A DNA stretch of 64,000 nucleotides, from the IMG/VR virus record IMGVR_UViG_3300020395_000002, positions 25,997 to 89,996 of that record; one strand, written 5' to 3'. Every line of letters starts with the position of its first letter. Position 1 is the stretch's first letter. This DNA comes from a virus. The notes beneath the pieces are model-generated. The model was given only the letters and a program-made list of their open reading frames with translations. It did not search any database and had not been told where the DNA came from. Shown here in pieces: positions 48,886 to 57,432 of this stretch. A program made the translations under genes and the position numbers.

Positions 48886-49047
48886 ATGACACACAGAAAT
48901 CTACCACTCACCGAGGCAACTGAAACCGCATTGGTTGACGCACTCGTAATGCTCCGTGACCTCGGTTGCCCTGATCACATTGATGAGGAGGCATTTGACG
49001 AACTCTGTGACAGAGTTTTTGAACCTACACCTTGGGATTACAACTGA
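48886..49047 (+). CDS. Small acidic hypothetical protein
   Basis: MTHRNLPL...; ATG 6 nt after the cassette TATAAT (possibly leaderless). Confidence 0.6.
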   Translation: MTHRNLPLTEATETALVDALVMLRDLGCPDHIDEEAFDELCDRVFEPTPWDYN

Positions 49048-49235
49048 TGTACGGCGATCTCTATCCTCAGCATTTCTATGCTTCATTCATCAGAGCGAAC
49101 GGGTACGATCTCAAGACAGATAAACCCAAACCCGAACCAGTTAAGGAAGTGCCACAATGGTACTTGAAAAGATACCCTGATTCGAGTTATGATGATTACA
49201 TCAACGAACTTCACGAGTATTTAAACGGACTATGA
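49047..49235 (+). CDS. Hypothetical protein
   Basis: MYGDLYPQ...; TGATG coupling; contains a cassette copy internally. Confidence 0.45.
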   Translation: MYGDLYPQHFYASFIRANGYDLKTDKPKPEPVKEVPQWYLKRYPDSSYDDYINELHEYLNGL

Positions 49236-49372
49236 GCGTATTACACCACGAAGACATTTTAGAGGATTGCTACTGTGAGATCCTCGAAGAGTTTAGAACT
49301 GATCTACTCTTTATGTCTCAAGAACAGATAGACAAAATGGTCTATCAAAGATTCGAGGATAAGTGCCAGTGA
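49232..49372 (+). CDS. Small acidic hypothetical protein (46 aa)
   Basis: Hand-translated MSVLHHEDILEDCYCEILEEF...RFEDKCQ; ATGA coupling. Confidence 0.6.
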   Translation: MSVLHHEDILEDCYCEILEEFRTDLLFMSQEQIDKMVYQRFEDKCQ

Positions 49373-49410
49373 GCACTATCCTCTTTTTTATTCACTTCTT
49401 TACTGTTATT

Positions 49411-49728
49411 ATGCCCGAAGCGAACGACTGCACATTTGATGCACTAGTCGAGAACTATACAGACATCGTTCTTGATCGGATGGACAACAAAGATCTAGAA
49501 CAATATGTGTGGGATAGTCTCACGGACTACTATGAGAAAATGACTGAGCACGAACTCATAGAACATATAAATGAAATGGAAGACCCAGAAACCGCAGATG
49601 ATATTATAGGGTCTTGTTATGGTACGAATCCACCCGACTGTTTCATTGTAGGACGGGATGACGTACCCAAAGTGACAGCTAGTGCCAGTCCACAAACTGA
49701 CTACTCACGCATCCCATCACGCTATTGA
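49411..49728 (+). CDS. Acidic hypothetical protein
   Basis: ORF track 49363..49728; probable start MPEAND. Confidence 0.6.
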   Translation: MPEANDCTFDALVENYTDIVLDRMDNKDLEQYVWDSLTDYYEKMTEHELIEHINEMEDPETADDIIGSCYGTNPPDCFIVGRDDVPKVTASASPQTDYSRIPSRY

Positions 49729-49765
49729 GTGGTTATAATAAAAGAGTAAAGCAAACAACTCTTTT

Positions 49766-50077
49766 ATGATCCGACTTGAACTGATGATGGGACTGGACAT
49801 CCCCGATGCTGGTACAGTCACAGACGCAATGTTTGATGATTTTATCCGCACCGAGATTGCACCACATCTTGACTATGCTACAATTATTGACGGTGTTGGT
49901 CTTTGGAAAGGCACCCGTGAAGATTGTAAAATCTTAGTCATTATGGCAGCAGAGTCTGACCAATCAAATCTTGAATCAGTTCTTAGATCAATCGGCAAGG
50001 CATATGCTCAGGCATTCCGTCAAGACTCGGTTGGTTTAGTTTGCACACCCAATGTTCCTATGGAGTTAATTAAGTGA
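49766..50077 (+). CDS. DUF3574-like protein
   Basis: EL.MG.DIP..GTV...F..FI..EI.P....TIIDG.G.WKG..E...L.I...I..AY...FRQDSV. Confidence 0.7.
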   Translation: MIRLELMMGLDIPDAGTVTDAMFDDFIRTEIAPHLDYATIIDGVGLWKGTREDCKILVIMAAESDQSNLESVLRSIGKAYAQAFRQDSVGLVCTPNVPMELIK

Positions 50078-50424
50078 ACGAATTCGACACAAACGCAGTT
50101 GATGATTTGATCCGAGACTCTCTCGGATCAGATGAGAATCTTGAAATCTATCTTGCCGACGTGCCAGAAGATGAAAAGGTAATTGCCCAACTTATGAAAG
50201 AGGTTCTGTGAATGATCCGAATCGCAAACCTCTTTCTAAAACCATTCAATCGCAAACTCGTTCTATTTCATCACAAATGACTCAAGAGACTTACGACCTA
50301 CTTTGCAATGATCCTTACATCAAGTATTATTTCACAGTAGAGACCAATCAACAAGTAGCTAAGACAGTTTAAGAACTGTCACTATACACCCCCATTCTTA
50401 GGAGTGGGGGTTTATAATTTAAGT

Positions 50425-50685
50425 ATGAACAAAAACATCTTCATCACAAACGAAGCAGCACGCAAAGACCCCGTTGTCGTTGCTGCTATGAAATCCATCC
50501 TACGTCAGATGGAAATCGAAACAATGAGGGATGCAACTGTGCAACCCCACACCCGTGAAGTCTCACCCGTCAATTTCTTACAAGATGTGATGGACGACCT
50601 CGGAGATCCAGTTCTAAGAAATCGTGAGCGTGATGAGTATTACGCTAACGGTTGGGCAGATTCTCACAACGGAGTTTGGCAATGA
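50425..50685 (+). CDS. Hypothetical protein
   Basis: MNKNIFIT...; starts 6 nt after the cassette TATAAT. Confidence 0.6.
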   Translation: MNKNIFITNEAARKDPVVVAAMKSILRQMEIETMRDATVQPHTREVSPVNFLQDVMDDLGDPVLRNRERDEYYANGWADSHNGVWQ

Positions 50686-50816
50686 GAATCGTATTAGTCC
50701 TCGGAGTATTAGCATTTGGTGCCGTCATTGGCACCAACCTAATCAACTCAGTTGATCAGATCCAACAAGACAAGATGGATCAGATTTGTCAAATCGACCC
50801 TAGCTATTGCCAATGA
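50682..50816 (+). CDS. Small membrane-anchored protein (44 aa)
   Basis: Hand-translated MRIVLVLGVLAFGAVIGTNLINSVDQIQQDKMDQICQIDPSYCQ; ATGA coupling. Confidence 0.55.
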   Translation: MRIVLVLGVLAFGAVIGTNLINSVDQIQQDKMDQICQIDPSYCQ

Positions 50817-51103
50817 CTTTTAAAGACAAGCGTTGGGGATCTTATAAGAAGTGGGAGGACCACTCCTACATCTATTTTGATAAGATCGCCAGAGGTCTAA
50901 TGATCTTTAGACCCAAACCCGAACCAGTCCTACTATCCAAACTACCAATCATTGCTTATGAACACTTCAATTAGATTCTGGACACCCCAAGACCAGAAGT
51001 GCAGGTATATGAGTTTCTCAACCTATGCACTCGCCGTCCAAATGATTGAAGAGTTTATGAAGATCGGAGTCAAGGCAGAGATCAAACTCTACTAAGGACA
51101 GCA

Positions 51104-51137
51104 CCCCTCTAGGACAGTTAACCTAGGGGGGATTTTT
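51104..51137 (+). terminator. Intrinsic terminator closing the small-ORF island
   Basis: CCCCTCTAGG-acagttaa-CCTAGGGGGG followed by ATTTTT. Confidence 0.7.
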
Positions 51138-51233
51138 ATATGAGAATTCGGCAATGCTAATCTATAACGAACCGATCTAGCGAGATAAATATTTTTTTGA
51201 GAAAAAATTTCTCTTCTTAGAAAATTTTCTATT

Positions 51234-51449
51234 ATGGCTAACAAGAAACCTTTTTGGACTGTATCCCGTGTACACGAGGGTAGCAAATTATCTTCGGGTG
51301 TGATATACTGGAGAAAAGACAGTATCTGGACAAGCACCGTCGAGGACGCTCATAAATTCCGTTCCACGTCTACTGCTGAGAAAGAACTCGATAACCTTAA
51401 ACTAAGTAACCCCGATGCCAGAGTCGAAAAAATCACCCCAAGAGGATAA
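51234..51449 (+). CDS. Hypothetical protein
   Basis: ORF track; GATAAATA late-promoter-like motif upstream (~51185). Confidence 0.55.
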   Translation: MANKKPFWTVSRVHEGSKLSSGVIYWRKDSIWTSTVEDAHKFRSTSTAEKELDNLKLSNPDARVEKITPRG

Positions 51450-51456
51450 TACCAAA

Positions 51457-51684
51457 TGGATGGAGAGTGTAGTCAATGAAACTGTAATTCGCTCAGACAA
51501 TAAGATTCTCGAAGATAAGATCGATAAGTTACAGAAGGAAGTGGATGCACTCAAAGCAAGACCTATTGCAAAGATTATGTACCGCCCACCAGGACATACG
51601 AAGCACTTACAACTTGCTGAGTACTTAGATGACCTTGAAAATAGGTTAAATACAATAGAGCTAAGAATAGAACTTGACGTGTAA
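51457..51684 (+). CDS. Coiled-coil hypothetical protein
   Basis: ORF track 51415..51684; start uncertain; MYRPPG....L..YLD motif. Confidence 0.55.
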   Translation, partial: WMESVVNETVIRSDNKILEDKIDKLQKEVDALKARPIAKIMYRPPGHTKHLQLAEYLDDLENRLNTIELRIELDV

Positions 51685-54196
51685 TTTTCAAGCAGGTTTA
51701 TCCATTACTAGTCCATATGGTAGTAACTTTACCTATGATGCGACTGGACAGGATCCTGATGACAATTTGTTGGGAGGTAATGATGATGAGAATTATTTTG
51801 AATATGTCTTTACGTTAAACACTGTCACTTGTGGTGATGATGGTAGTTGTGATACGATGACACCATCCAGTATAAGGGTTACTGGTACCGAGCAATATTT
51901 TACGTTATGGATATGCGATAGCACGACTGAACGTATATCAGTGCGAAACAGCAGTGGGCAGTTTAAGGTAGGTGAGACGATCACAGCACCTAATGGTGCT
52001 ACTGGCACTGTAAAGGAATGGCATAACTTCCGAGAGGTCAATGGTTTAGATATTATAGAGTTAGACAATCCCTCTGGTAACTTTCCGAGTGAGACTGTAA
52101 CAGGGTCTGAATCGGGCGTGACCGCCGACTGTGTTGCAGGATGGTTCGATAGTCCTGGTAGTACGTTAGTAGGAGGGGTAGCAGTAACTACAGAACCTGT
52201 GATAGCTACGTTATCTGGGTTCTATGCCTACCCGAAGAAGGTATCATATACAAAGTACCTCAGTCCGAAGTGCGATACTCTTGTGGACGTGTGCGGACCG
52301 ATTGCCGAGACGCACGACGAGACAAAGGGATGGATGGAGATGTTTGAAGATGGTCCTGATACCTGTGACTTCAAACAAATTAATAAACAGAATAGAGAAC
52401 TACTACAGGATGAATGGGGAAAGACCACTACTGCTTGTAGTAGAGAGAGCACGTGGCCGATTAATGCTGATACAGGTATATACGTTGCAGTACCATTACT
52501 AGGAGAAGATGAGAATGGTAAACCCTTAGGAATGCAAGAGTATATTCATCCTGGTTTACAGGAGACTATGCAGAAGAGTCTAGACAATTATAATAAGCAA
52601 ATGTTGAGTATGTGTGATAGTGGGGGTGTCACAGATATGCAGCAGTGGGTACAACTAGAACAATCACTTACAGATCCAGTAAACCTAGAGTTCCAAGCAG
52701 ATTATATCATCGATGGTGCCCAACAAACCTATGTTAACCAGATGGATGCTAACCTGAACAATACTTCAGGTAATAGTGCTGAGTTCTGGAGGGAGGTAAG
52801 GACATATAACTGCGAATTTAATGATCTAGTTGATGGGGCTATAGCAGCAGAGGAGCACGCTATGGCAATAGAGGCGAATCAACAGACGATAGTACCTCAA
52901 AACTGGTATACAGAGAAGATGCAAGAGTGGTCTACCTCTTCTTTTAGGGGAGTACCCTCTGCTGGACCTAGAATTAAGTGGAATATCTTTGAATATGTCC
53001 CTCATAGTAGAGGAAGACAGGAATTTCCTTACACTATAGTGGGTGGATGGTACTGTTCTGACCTATTAGGTACTAATGTAGGTACTACAGATACCTTTAC
53101 ATACAATATTAACCTTGAAATCAACTCAAATTGGTCTACTTATAGGGATTTACTAGCAGAAGCAGTGGAAAGACAAGGTAATCCTTATGATGATGTCCTC
53201 ATTGCACAGATAAAAGCGTTTGTTGACCCCTCTCATAGTACTATTACACTGTTCGATTACGATATTGCGAACTTCCCTGAGTATGGATACCTAGAATTGA
53301 ACAACTATGAGTATGCTGGACAAGGAATAAGTGCCATTACAGCACTAGATCCTGGTTTAGGGTATATGAATACACCTACTGTTACCTTTAGTGACCCTGA
53401 TTTACCTGGTGGTACAGTAGCTACAGCAGAGGCAGTGGTGACAGGAGGACGTATATACGGTTATAAGCTCCTTAATGGAGGTAGTGGTTACATACAAAGC
53501 CCAACGATTAGTATCTCTGCACCCAATCCTGACCTCAGTGCGGTAGCTGATGTGGTTACAGGGAGCAGTTATATGATCAATATCGATATGGAAGCGTACC
53601 CATTACTCTTTATGGGAGTAAGAGTGCAAGATGATCTAGGTCAAATGGACATAAGGGGTGTTAAAAGGAGTATACCTGGTGTAGAATTCCAGTGTACTGC
53701 GGATGGTACGAACGTACTAGTAGTAAATACGGTGTATATTGAGTCGAATCAGGAAGCAAATGACATTGACCTAGACGATATACAAGCTGGTATGATCATT
53801 GAAGGGTTTGATGACCCTACAATTTACGTACAACAGGTTACTTTAGCGGGTGCACTCATCCAAGTAAGTCAAAATATAGCTGCTGGTGTGTATCGAGTGA
53901 ACACAAAGACCGCAATTCAGATGGATGCTTCCTCAAATACGACACTTACTGGTGTAGATTTCACTTTTACCGCCCCTCAAGTGTCAAATGCGACCGCATA
54001 TACCCGTTTATTCCTCCAATCGGAGACTGGTAGCTCCTTTACATACGAAAATTCACGTGAAATTGCTCATTTTGACGGAAAAACGCAAAATGAAGACGGA
54101 AGTGTCACTCTAAATAACCTATTAAGGACTAGAAAGCAGACGGAAGGCAAACAACACCTCCGCAATGACCATACTTTCTTACATATTTACATATAA
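51674..54196 (+). CDS. Virion/baseplate-associated structural protein (840 aa)
   Basis: G(L/S)GY...PT(V/I) repeats shared with other structural genes here; FKVGETIT..GATGTV motif; located before PAAR, gp25 and gp6. Confidence 0.65.
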   Translation: MTCNFQAGLSITSPYGSNFTYDATGQDPDDNLLGGNDDENYFEYVFTLNTVTCGDDGSCDTMTPSSIRVTGTEQYFTLWICDSTTERISVRNSSGQFKVGETITAPNGATGTVKEWHNFREVNGLDIIELDNPSGNFPSETVTGSESGVTADCVAGWFDSPGSTLVGGVAVTTEPVIATLSGFYAYPKKVSYTKYLSPKCDTLVDVCGPIAETHDETKGWMEMFEDGPDTCDFKQINKQNRELLQDEWGKTTTACSRESTWPINADTGIYVAVPLLGEDENGKPLGMQEYIHPGLQETMQKSLDNYNKQMLSMCDSGGVTDMQQWVQLEQSLTDPVNLEFQADYIIDGAQQTYVNQMDANLNNTSGNSAEFWREVRTYNCEFNDLVDGAIAAEEHAMAIEANQQTIVPQNWYTEKMQEWSTSSFRGVPSAGPRIKWNIFEYVPHSRGRQEFPYTIVGGWYCSDLLGTNVGTTDTFTYNINLEINSNWSTYRDLLAEAVERQGNPYDDVLIAQIKAFVDPSHSTITLFDYDIANFPEYGYLELNNYEYAGQGISAITALDPGLGYMNTPTVTFSDPDLPGGTVATAEAVVTGGRIYGYKLLNGGSGYIQSPTISISAPNPDLSAVADVVTGSSYMINIDMEAYPLLFMGVRVQDDLGQMDIRGVKRSIPGVEFQCTADGTNVLVVNTVYIESNQEANDIDLDDIQAGMIIEGFDDPTIYVQQVTLAGALIQVSQNIAAGVYRVNTKTAIQMDASSNTTLTGVDFTFTAPQVSNATAYTRLFLQSETGSSFTYENSREIAHFDGKTQNEDGSVTLNNLLRTRKQTEGKQHLRNDHTFLHIYI

Positions 54197-54744
54197 TGTC
54201 AGCTTTTGGACTAACAACAGGCGTTTGTACGGGTCACGGGTGCTGGCCACCCCAAGGATACGCCCCTTCACCCGTTACAACTGTCAAAGTAACTAAAATT
54301 GCACCTCTTGTAAGCACACAAATAAGAAATGTGCACTGCAAACCGTGTGGAAAGAACCCTGCGTGCCATCCAGGCACTGTTTCAGTGGGTTGTGCTACAG
54401 TTGATTGCGGAGTAGGTGCTCCTTCTGTACCACTTCCTGTCGCTAAGACAGGTAATGCGGAGACAGATGCGGTATTAGCGAAGATTGGACCTAAGATATG
54501 TCCTACAGGATTCCCTCCTGCAAAAATTGGAACAAGTATCAGTTGCGGATCAAAGGTTGCGGTAGGTGCCCCTAATGTGCTATTATGTACGGGAGGCAGT
54601 TCGATCTCTAAACTTGCTGCTCTCGCTGCTGCAATGGCAGCTCTGGGTTCGTTCCCTATACTATCAATTCCTTCTATTGGAGGAGGTGGTGGTTCAGGGT
54701 CACAATCTCCAGGTGATAACTCTGTAACCGATTGCTCTAACTAA
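54196..54744 (+). CDS. PAAR-like spike tip protein (T4 gp5.4-like)
   Basis: CTGHGCWPP, HC..C....CHP, PPAKIG..ISCGS.VA.G..NV. Confidence 0.75.
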   Translation: MSAFGLTTGVCTGHGCWPPQGYAPSPVTTVKVTKIAPLVSTQIRNVHCKPCGKNPACHPGTVSVGCATVDCGVGAPSVPLPVAKTGNAETDAVLAKIGPKICPTGFPPAKIGTSISCGSKVAVGAPNVLLCTGGSSISKLAALAAAMAALGSFPILSIPSIGGGGGSGSQSPGDNSVTDCSN

Positions 54745-54881
54745 TGGCACTTTACAACAACTCGACTAAAAAAGAAGCAACTCCCAAAAAAACTCGTCAA
54801 GGTATGGGTGCACATTCTAAGTACTCTGCTACTTCTAGGAATGGTGCTAAGAAAAGATACCGTGGACAAGGAAGAAAGTGA
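54744..54881 (+). CDS. Tiny Lys/Arg-rich basic protein (45 aa)
   Basis: Hand-translated MALYNNSTKKEATPKKTRQGMGAHSKYSATSRNGAKKRYRGQGRK; TAATG and GTGA overlaps on the two sides. Confidence 0.75.
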   Translation: MALYNNSTKKEATPKKTRQGMGAHSKYSATSRNGAKKRYRGQGRK

Positions 54882-55177
54882 CTTATCAAGCATTACCTAA
54901 GTGTTTGCACGTAAAAGATAGCCCTGTCGCTGGACAGGGTTTATTTGCCACTGAGGATATACCTGATGATGTTTATCTGGGTATATCACACGTAGTTGTA
55001 GACAGCACCATTATGAGAACCCCTTTAGGTGGGTTTGTGAACCATAATGAGGAACCTAACTGCACAAAGGATCTAGAGATGGAAGAGTGGGGACAAATAT
55101 ATCATATGAGAACTCTTAGACCTATTAAGAAGGGTGAAGAGTTGTTTTTAAAGTATACATTCTATAAGGTAAGTTAA
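54878..55177 (+). CDS. Minimal SET-domain protein-lysine methyltransferase
   Basis: S.VAGQGLFATEDIP, GGFVNHNEEPNC, TLRPIKKGEELFLKY match the SET signature motifs GxG, NHSxxPN and ELxxDY. Confidence 0.85.
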   Translation: MTYQALPKCLHVKDSPVAGQGLFATEDIPDDVYLGISHVVVDSTIMRTPLGGFVNHNEEPNCTKDLEMEEWGQIYHMRTLRPIKKGEELFLKYTFYKVS

Positions 55178-55183
55178 AAGTCG

Positions 55184-55190
55184 CTAAATA
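55184..55190 (+). promoter_or_regulatory. Late promoter-like motif
   Basis: CTAAATA upstream of gp25. Confidence 0.6.
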
Positions 55191-55215
55191 AAGTCACGAC
55201 CTCGTGTATTAGTGT

Positions 55216-55614
55216 ATGCCGAAGGCTATTGACTTTAAAGACGTATCTATTTCTTTAGGTATCAACCCTGTCACTGAAGACGTTCTTACTACCACAGACG
55301 AAATTGCGGTAAAAAGAGCGTTATATAATATTGTGATGACAAGAAAGGGGGAGAGGTTCTTTAAGCCAGATCTCGGTAGTAATGTTGCTGATTTGTTATT
55401 TGAACCTCTTGACTCTGCTACTGCGTCTCTTCTAAAGGAGGAGATCGAGTATGTGATCACAAAGTACGAGCCTCGTATTAATCTTCTTCGTTGCGACATA
55501 TCTGCCAATTACGATAGTAATGGCTTTGATTGTGCAATATCATTTGAGATCATCGGAATTCAATCCGATGTCCAAGTACAGGATGTAGAATTCTTCCTAG
55601 AAAGAACCAGATAA
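55216..55614 (+). CDS. gp25: Baseplate wedge subunit gp25
   Basis: FKDVSISL..NPVT.D, AVKRALYNIVMTRKGERFF.PDLGS..LLFE, YEPRI. Confidence 0.92.
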   Translation: MPKAIDFKDVSISLGINPVTEDVLTTTDEIAVKRALYNIVMTRKGERFFKPDLGSNVADLLFEPLDSATASLLKEEIEYVITKYEPRINLLRCDISANYDSNGFDCAISFEIIGIQSDVQVQDVEFFLERTR

Positions 55615-57429
55615 ATGTCTTACGTTCAAGTTGCCAATTTAGACTTTACAGAGATTAAATCATCTCTGAAAGAGTATCTTCGATCTAATAGTGATTTCAC
55701 TGATTACGACTTTGAGGGTTCAACTCTTAGTACCCTGTTAGACGTACTCGCTTATAATACGTACTACACGGCGTTTAACGCCAATATGGTAGTAAATGAG
55801 GCATTCCTTGAATCAGCGACCCTCAGGGACAATGTGGTGTCTCTGGCTAAGCAAATAGGTTATCTTCCCAAGTCTTCAGTATCTCCCACAGCAGTTTTAA
55901 ACATCGATGCTGATTTTAGTACGCAGAATAATATTCCAGCAATCGTTAAGATGCCTAGAGGGTCACAATACCTTACTAGGATCAATGGAACTACATATTC
56001 ATTCATTACAGCCAAAGATTATGTGGTTGGATTGAATAGTCAGTCCGTAGCAAAATTTGAAGGTGTTGAAATTAAGGAGGGAAACTATGTTATTGAAACA
56101 TTTACATTTAATGCTGCCATTCCTCAAAGGTTTATCCTACAAAACGCAGGAATCGACACCAGCACTCTCAAGGTTACTGTTAGACCAACATTTAATAGTA
56201 CTAGTGTGGTTGAGTATCGTCTAGCTGATAACATTATTGGGTTTGATGGTACATCACAGATCTTTTTCTTACAGGAAGGTGAAGATGAGCGTTATGAGAT
56301 CATCTTTGGAGATGGTACCCTAGGTAAGAAACTAGATACTAACAATTATATCGAAGTTTCATATATCACCACTAATGGTGCTGCTGCAAACGCTGCTAGA
56401 GTCTTCTCTTACGGTGCTGTATTGGAGGATCAGGTAGGTGGGAATGATTATGCACCTACGATTACTTTAACAACTACTACAGCAGCGTCTGGAGGTGAAT
56501 CCCTTGAAACGGTTGACTCAATTAAGCGTAATGCTCCGAAATTTTTCAACACACAAAATAGAGCAGTTACCGCAGATGACTACGAATCCATTATCCGTCG
56601 TATTTTCCCTGCGATTGCTGACATCGTTTGTTATGGTGGAGAAGATGCTAGCCCTCCAGAATACGGAAAGGTTAAAATCGTCGTAAAGCCTAGCTACGCT
56701 ACTAAATTAAGTGCGTACACTAAGAATTTGATTGCTACAGACCTTAAAAAGTATGCTGTGGTATCAGTTACCCCTGAAATCGTTGATCCTTCTATTACAT
56801 ACGTTGAATTAAACTCAAACATCTTCTATAACAAGTCTAAAACGACTTTGAATGAGTCTGAGTTGAAAGCAGCAGTAATTAATTCGTTAACTACCTACAG
56901 AGGTACCTCAGATCTTGAGAAATTCAATGGTAGGTTTAAATATAGTCGTATCGTTGGTATTATTGATGCTACCGATGAATCGATTACATCTAATGAAACA
57001 GAAATCAAACTAAGGAAGGATTTCATTCCTGTATTGAACACTGTTACTCAATATGAGATTTGTTATCAGAACGTAGTTAAGAGTGGATGCTCAAATCCTT
57101 CTGTACAGAGCAGTGGCTTTGTAGTAGCTGGGTATCCAAGTGATATCGTCTACTTAGCAGACGATCAAAAAGGTAATGTTTACCTATACAAGATCGATCC
57201 TACAACACAAAGTCGATTTGTCCTCAATGCACAGCAAGGAACCATCGATTATAGTAAAGGAGAGGTAATGTTGAATCGGTTAAATATAATCAAAGGAACT
57301 TATGATGATGGAAGGATTGAACTTCGTGTCAGTCCAACAAACAAAGATATATACGCATATCGGGAAGCATATCTAAGTCTTGATTTGCAATCTAGCGTAT
57401 TCCTGATCACCCAAGAAGCACTTATCTGA
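55615..57429 (+). CDS. gp6: Baseplate wedge subunit gp6
   Basis: NLDF..IK.SLK.YLR.NSDFTDYDFEGS.LS.LLDVLAYNTYY.AFNANM; FGDG; QNRAVTADDY; PPEYGKV. Confidence 0.93.
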   Translation: MSYVQVANLDFTEIKSSLKEYLRSNSDFTDYDFEGSTLSTLLDVLAYNTYYTAFNANMVVNEAFLESATLRDNVVSLAKQIGYLPKSSVSPTAVLNIDADFSTQNNIPAIVKMPRGSQYLTRINGTTYSFITAKDYVVGLNSQSVAKFEGVEIKEGNYVIETFTFNAAIPQRFILQNAGIDTSTLKVTVRPTFNSTSVVEYRLADNIIGFDGTSQIFFLQEGEDERYEIIFGDGTLGKKLDTNNYIEVSYITTNGAAANAARVFSYGAVLEDQVGGNDYAPTITLTTTTAASGGESLETVDSIKRNAPKFFNTQNRAVTADDYESIIRRIFPAIADIVCYGGEDASPPEYGKVKIVVKPSYATKLSAYTKNLIATDLKKYAVVSVTPEIVDPSITYVELNSNIFYNKSKTTLNESELKAAVINSLTTYRGTSDLEKFNGRFKYSRIVGIIDATDESITSNETEIKLRKDFIPVLNTVTQYEICYQNVVKSGCSNPSVQSSGFVVAGYPSDIVYLADDQKGNVYLYKIDPTTQSRFVLNAQQGTIDYSKGEVMLNRLNIIKGTYDDGRIELRVSPTNKDIYAYREAYLSLDLQSSVFLITQEALI

Positions 57430-57432
57430 TAA

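Larger units (their letters stand above)
39078..50418. repeat. Dispersed family of ~12 palindrome + hairpin + -10 promoter cassettes
   Basis: Consensus CCAGTT-N4-AA(C/G)TG(T/G)CAC, 48-51 nt before TATAAT/TATACT/TATGAT. + strand copies start at 39078, 39412, 40335, 42005, 46817, 47699, 48413, 48825, 49137, 49685 and 50364; one - strand copy spans 44779-44723. Confidence 0.85.

Noticed and set aside
39078-50418. Recurrent palindromic repeats as a CRISPR or mini-CRISPR array
   Set aside because: Copies are degenerate, hundreds to thousands of nt apart, separated by genes and tied to -10 boxes. No cas genes are present.
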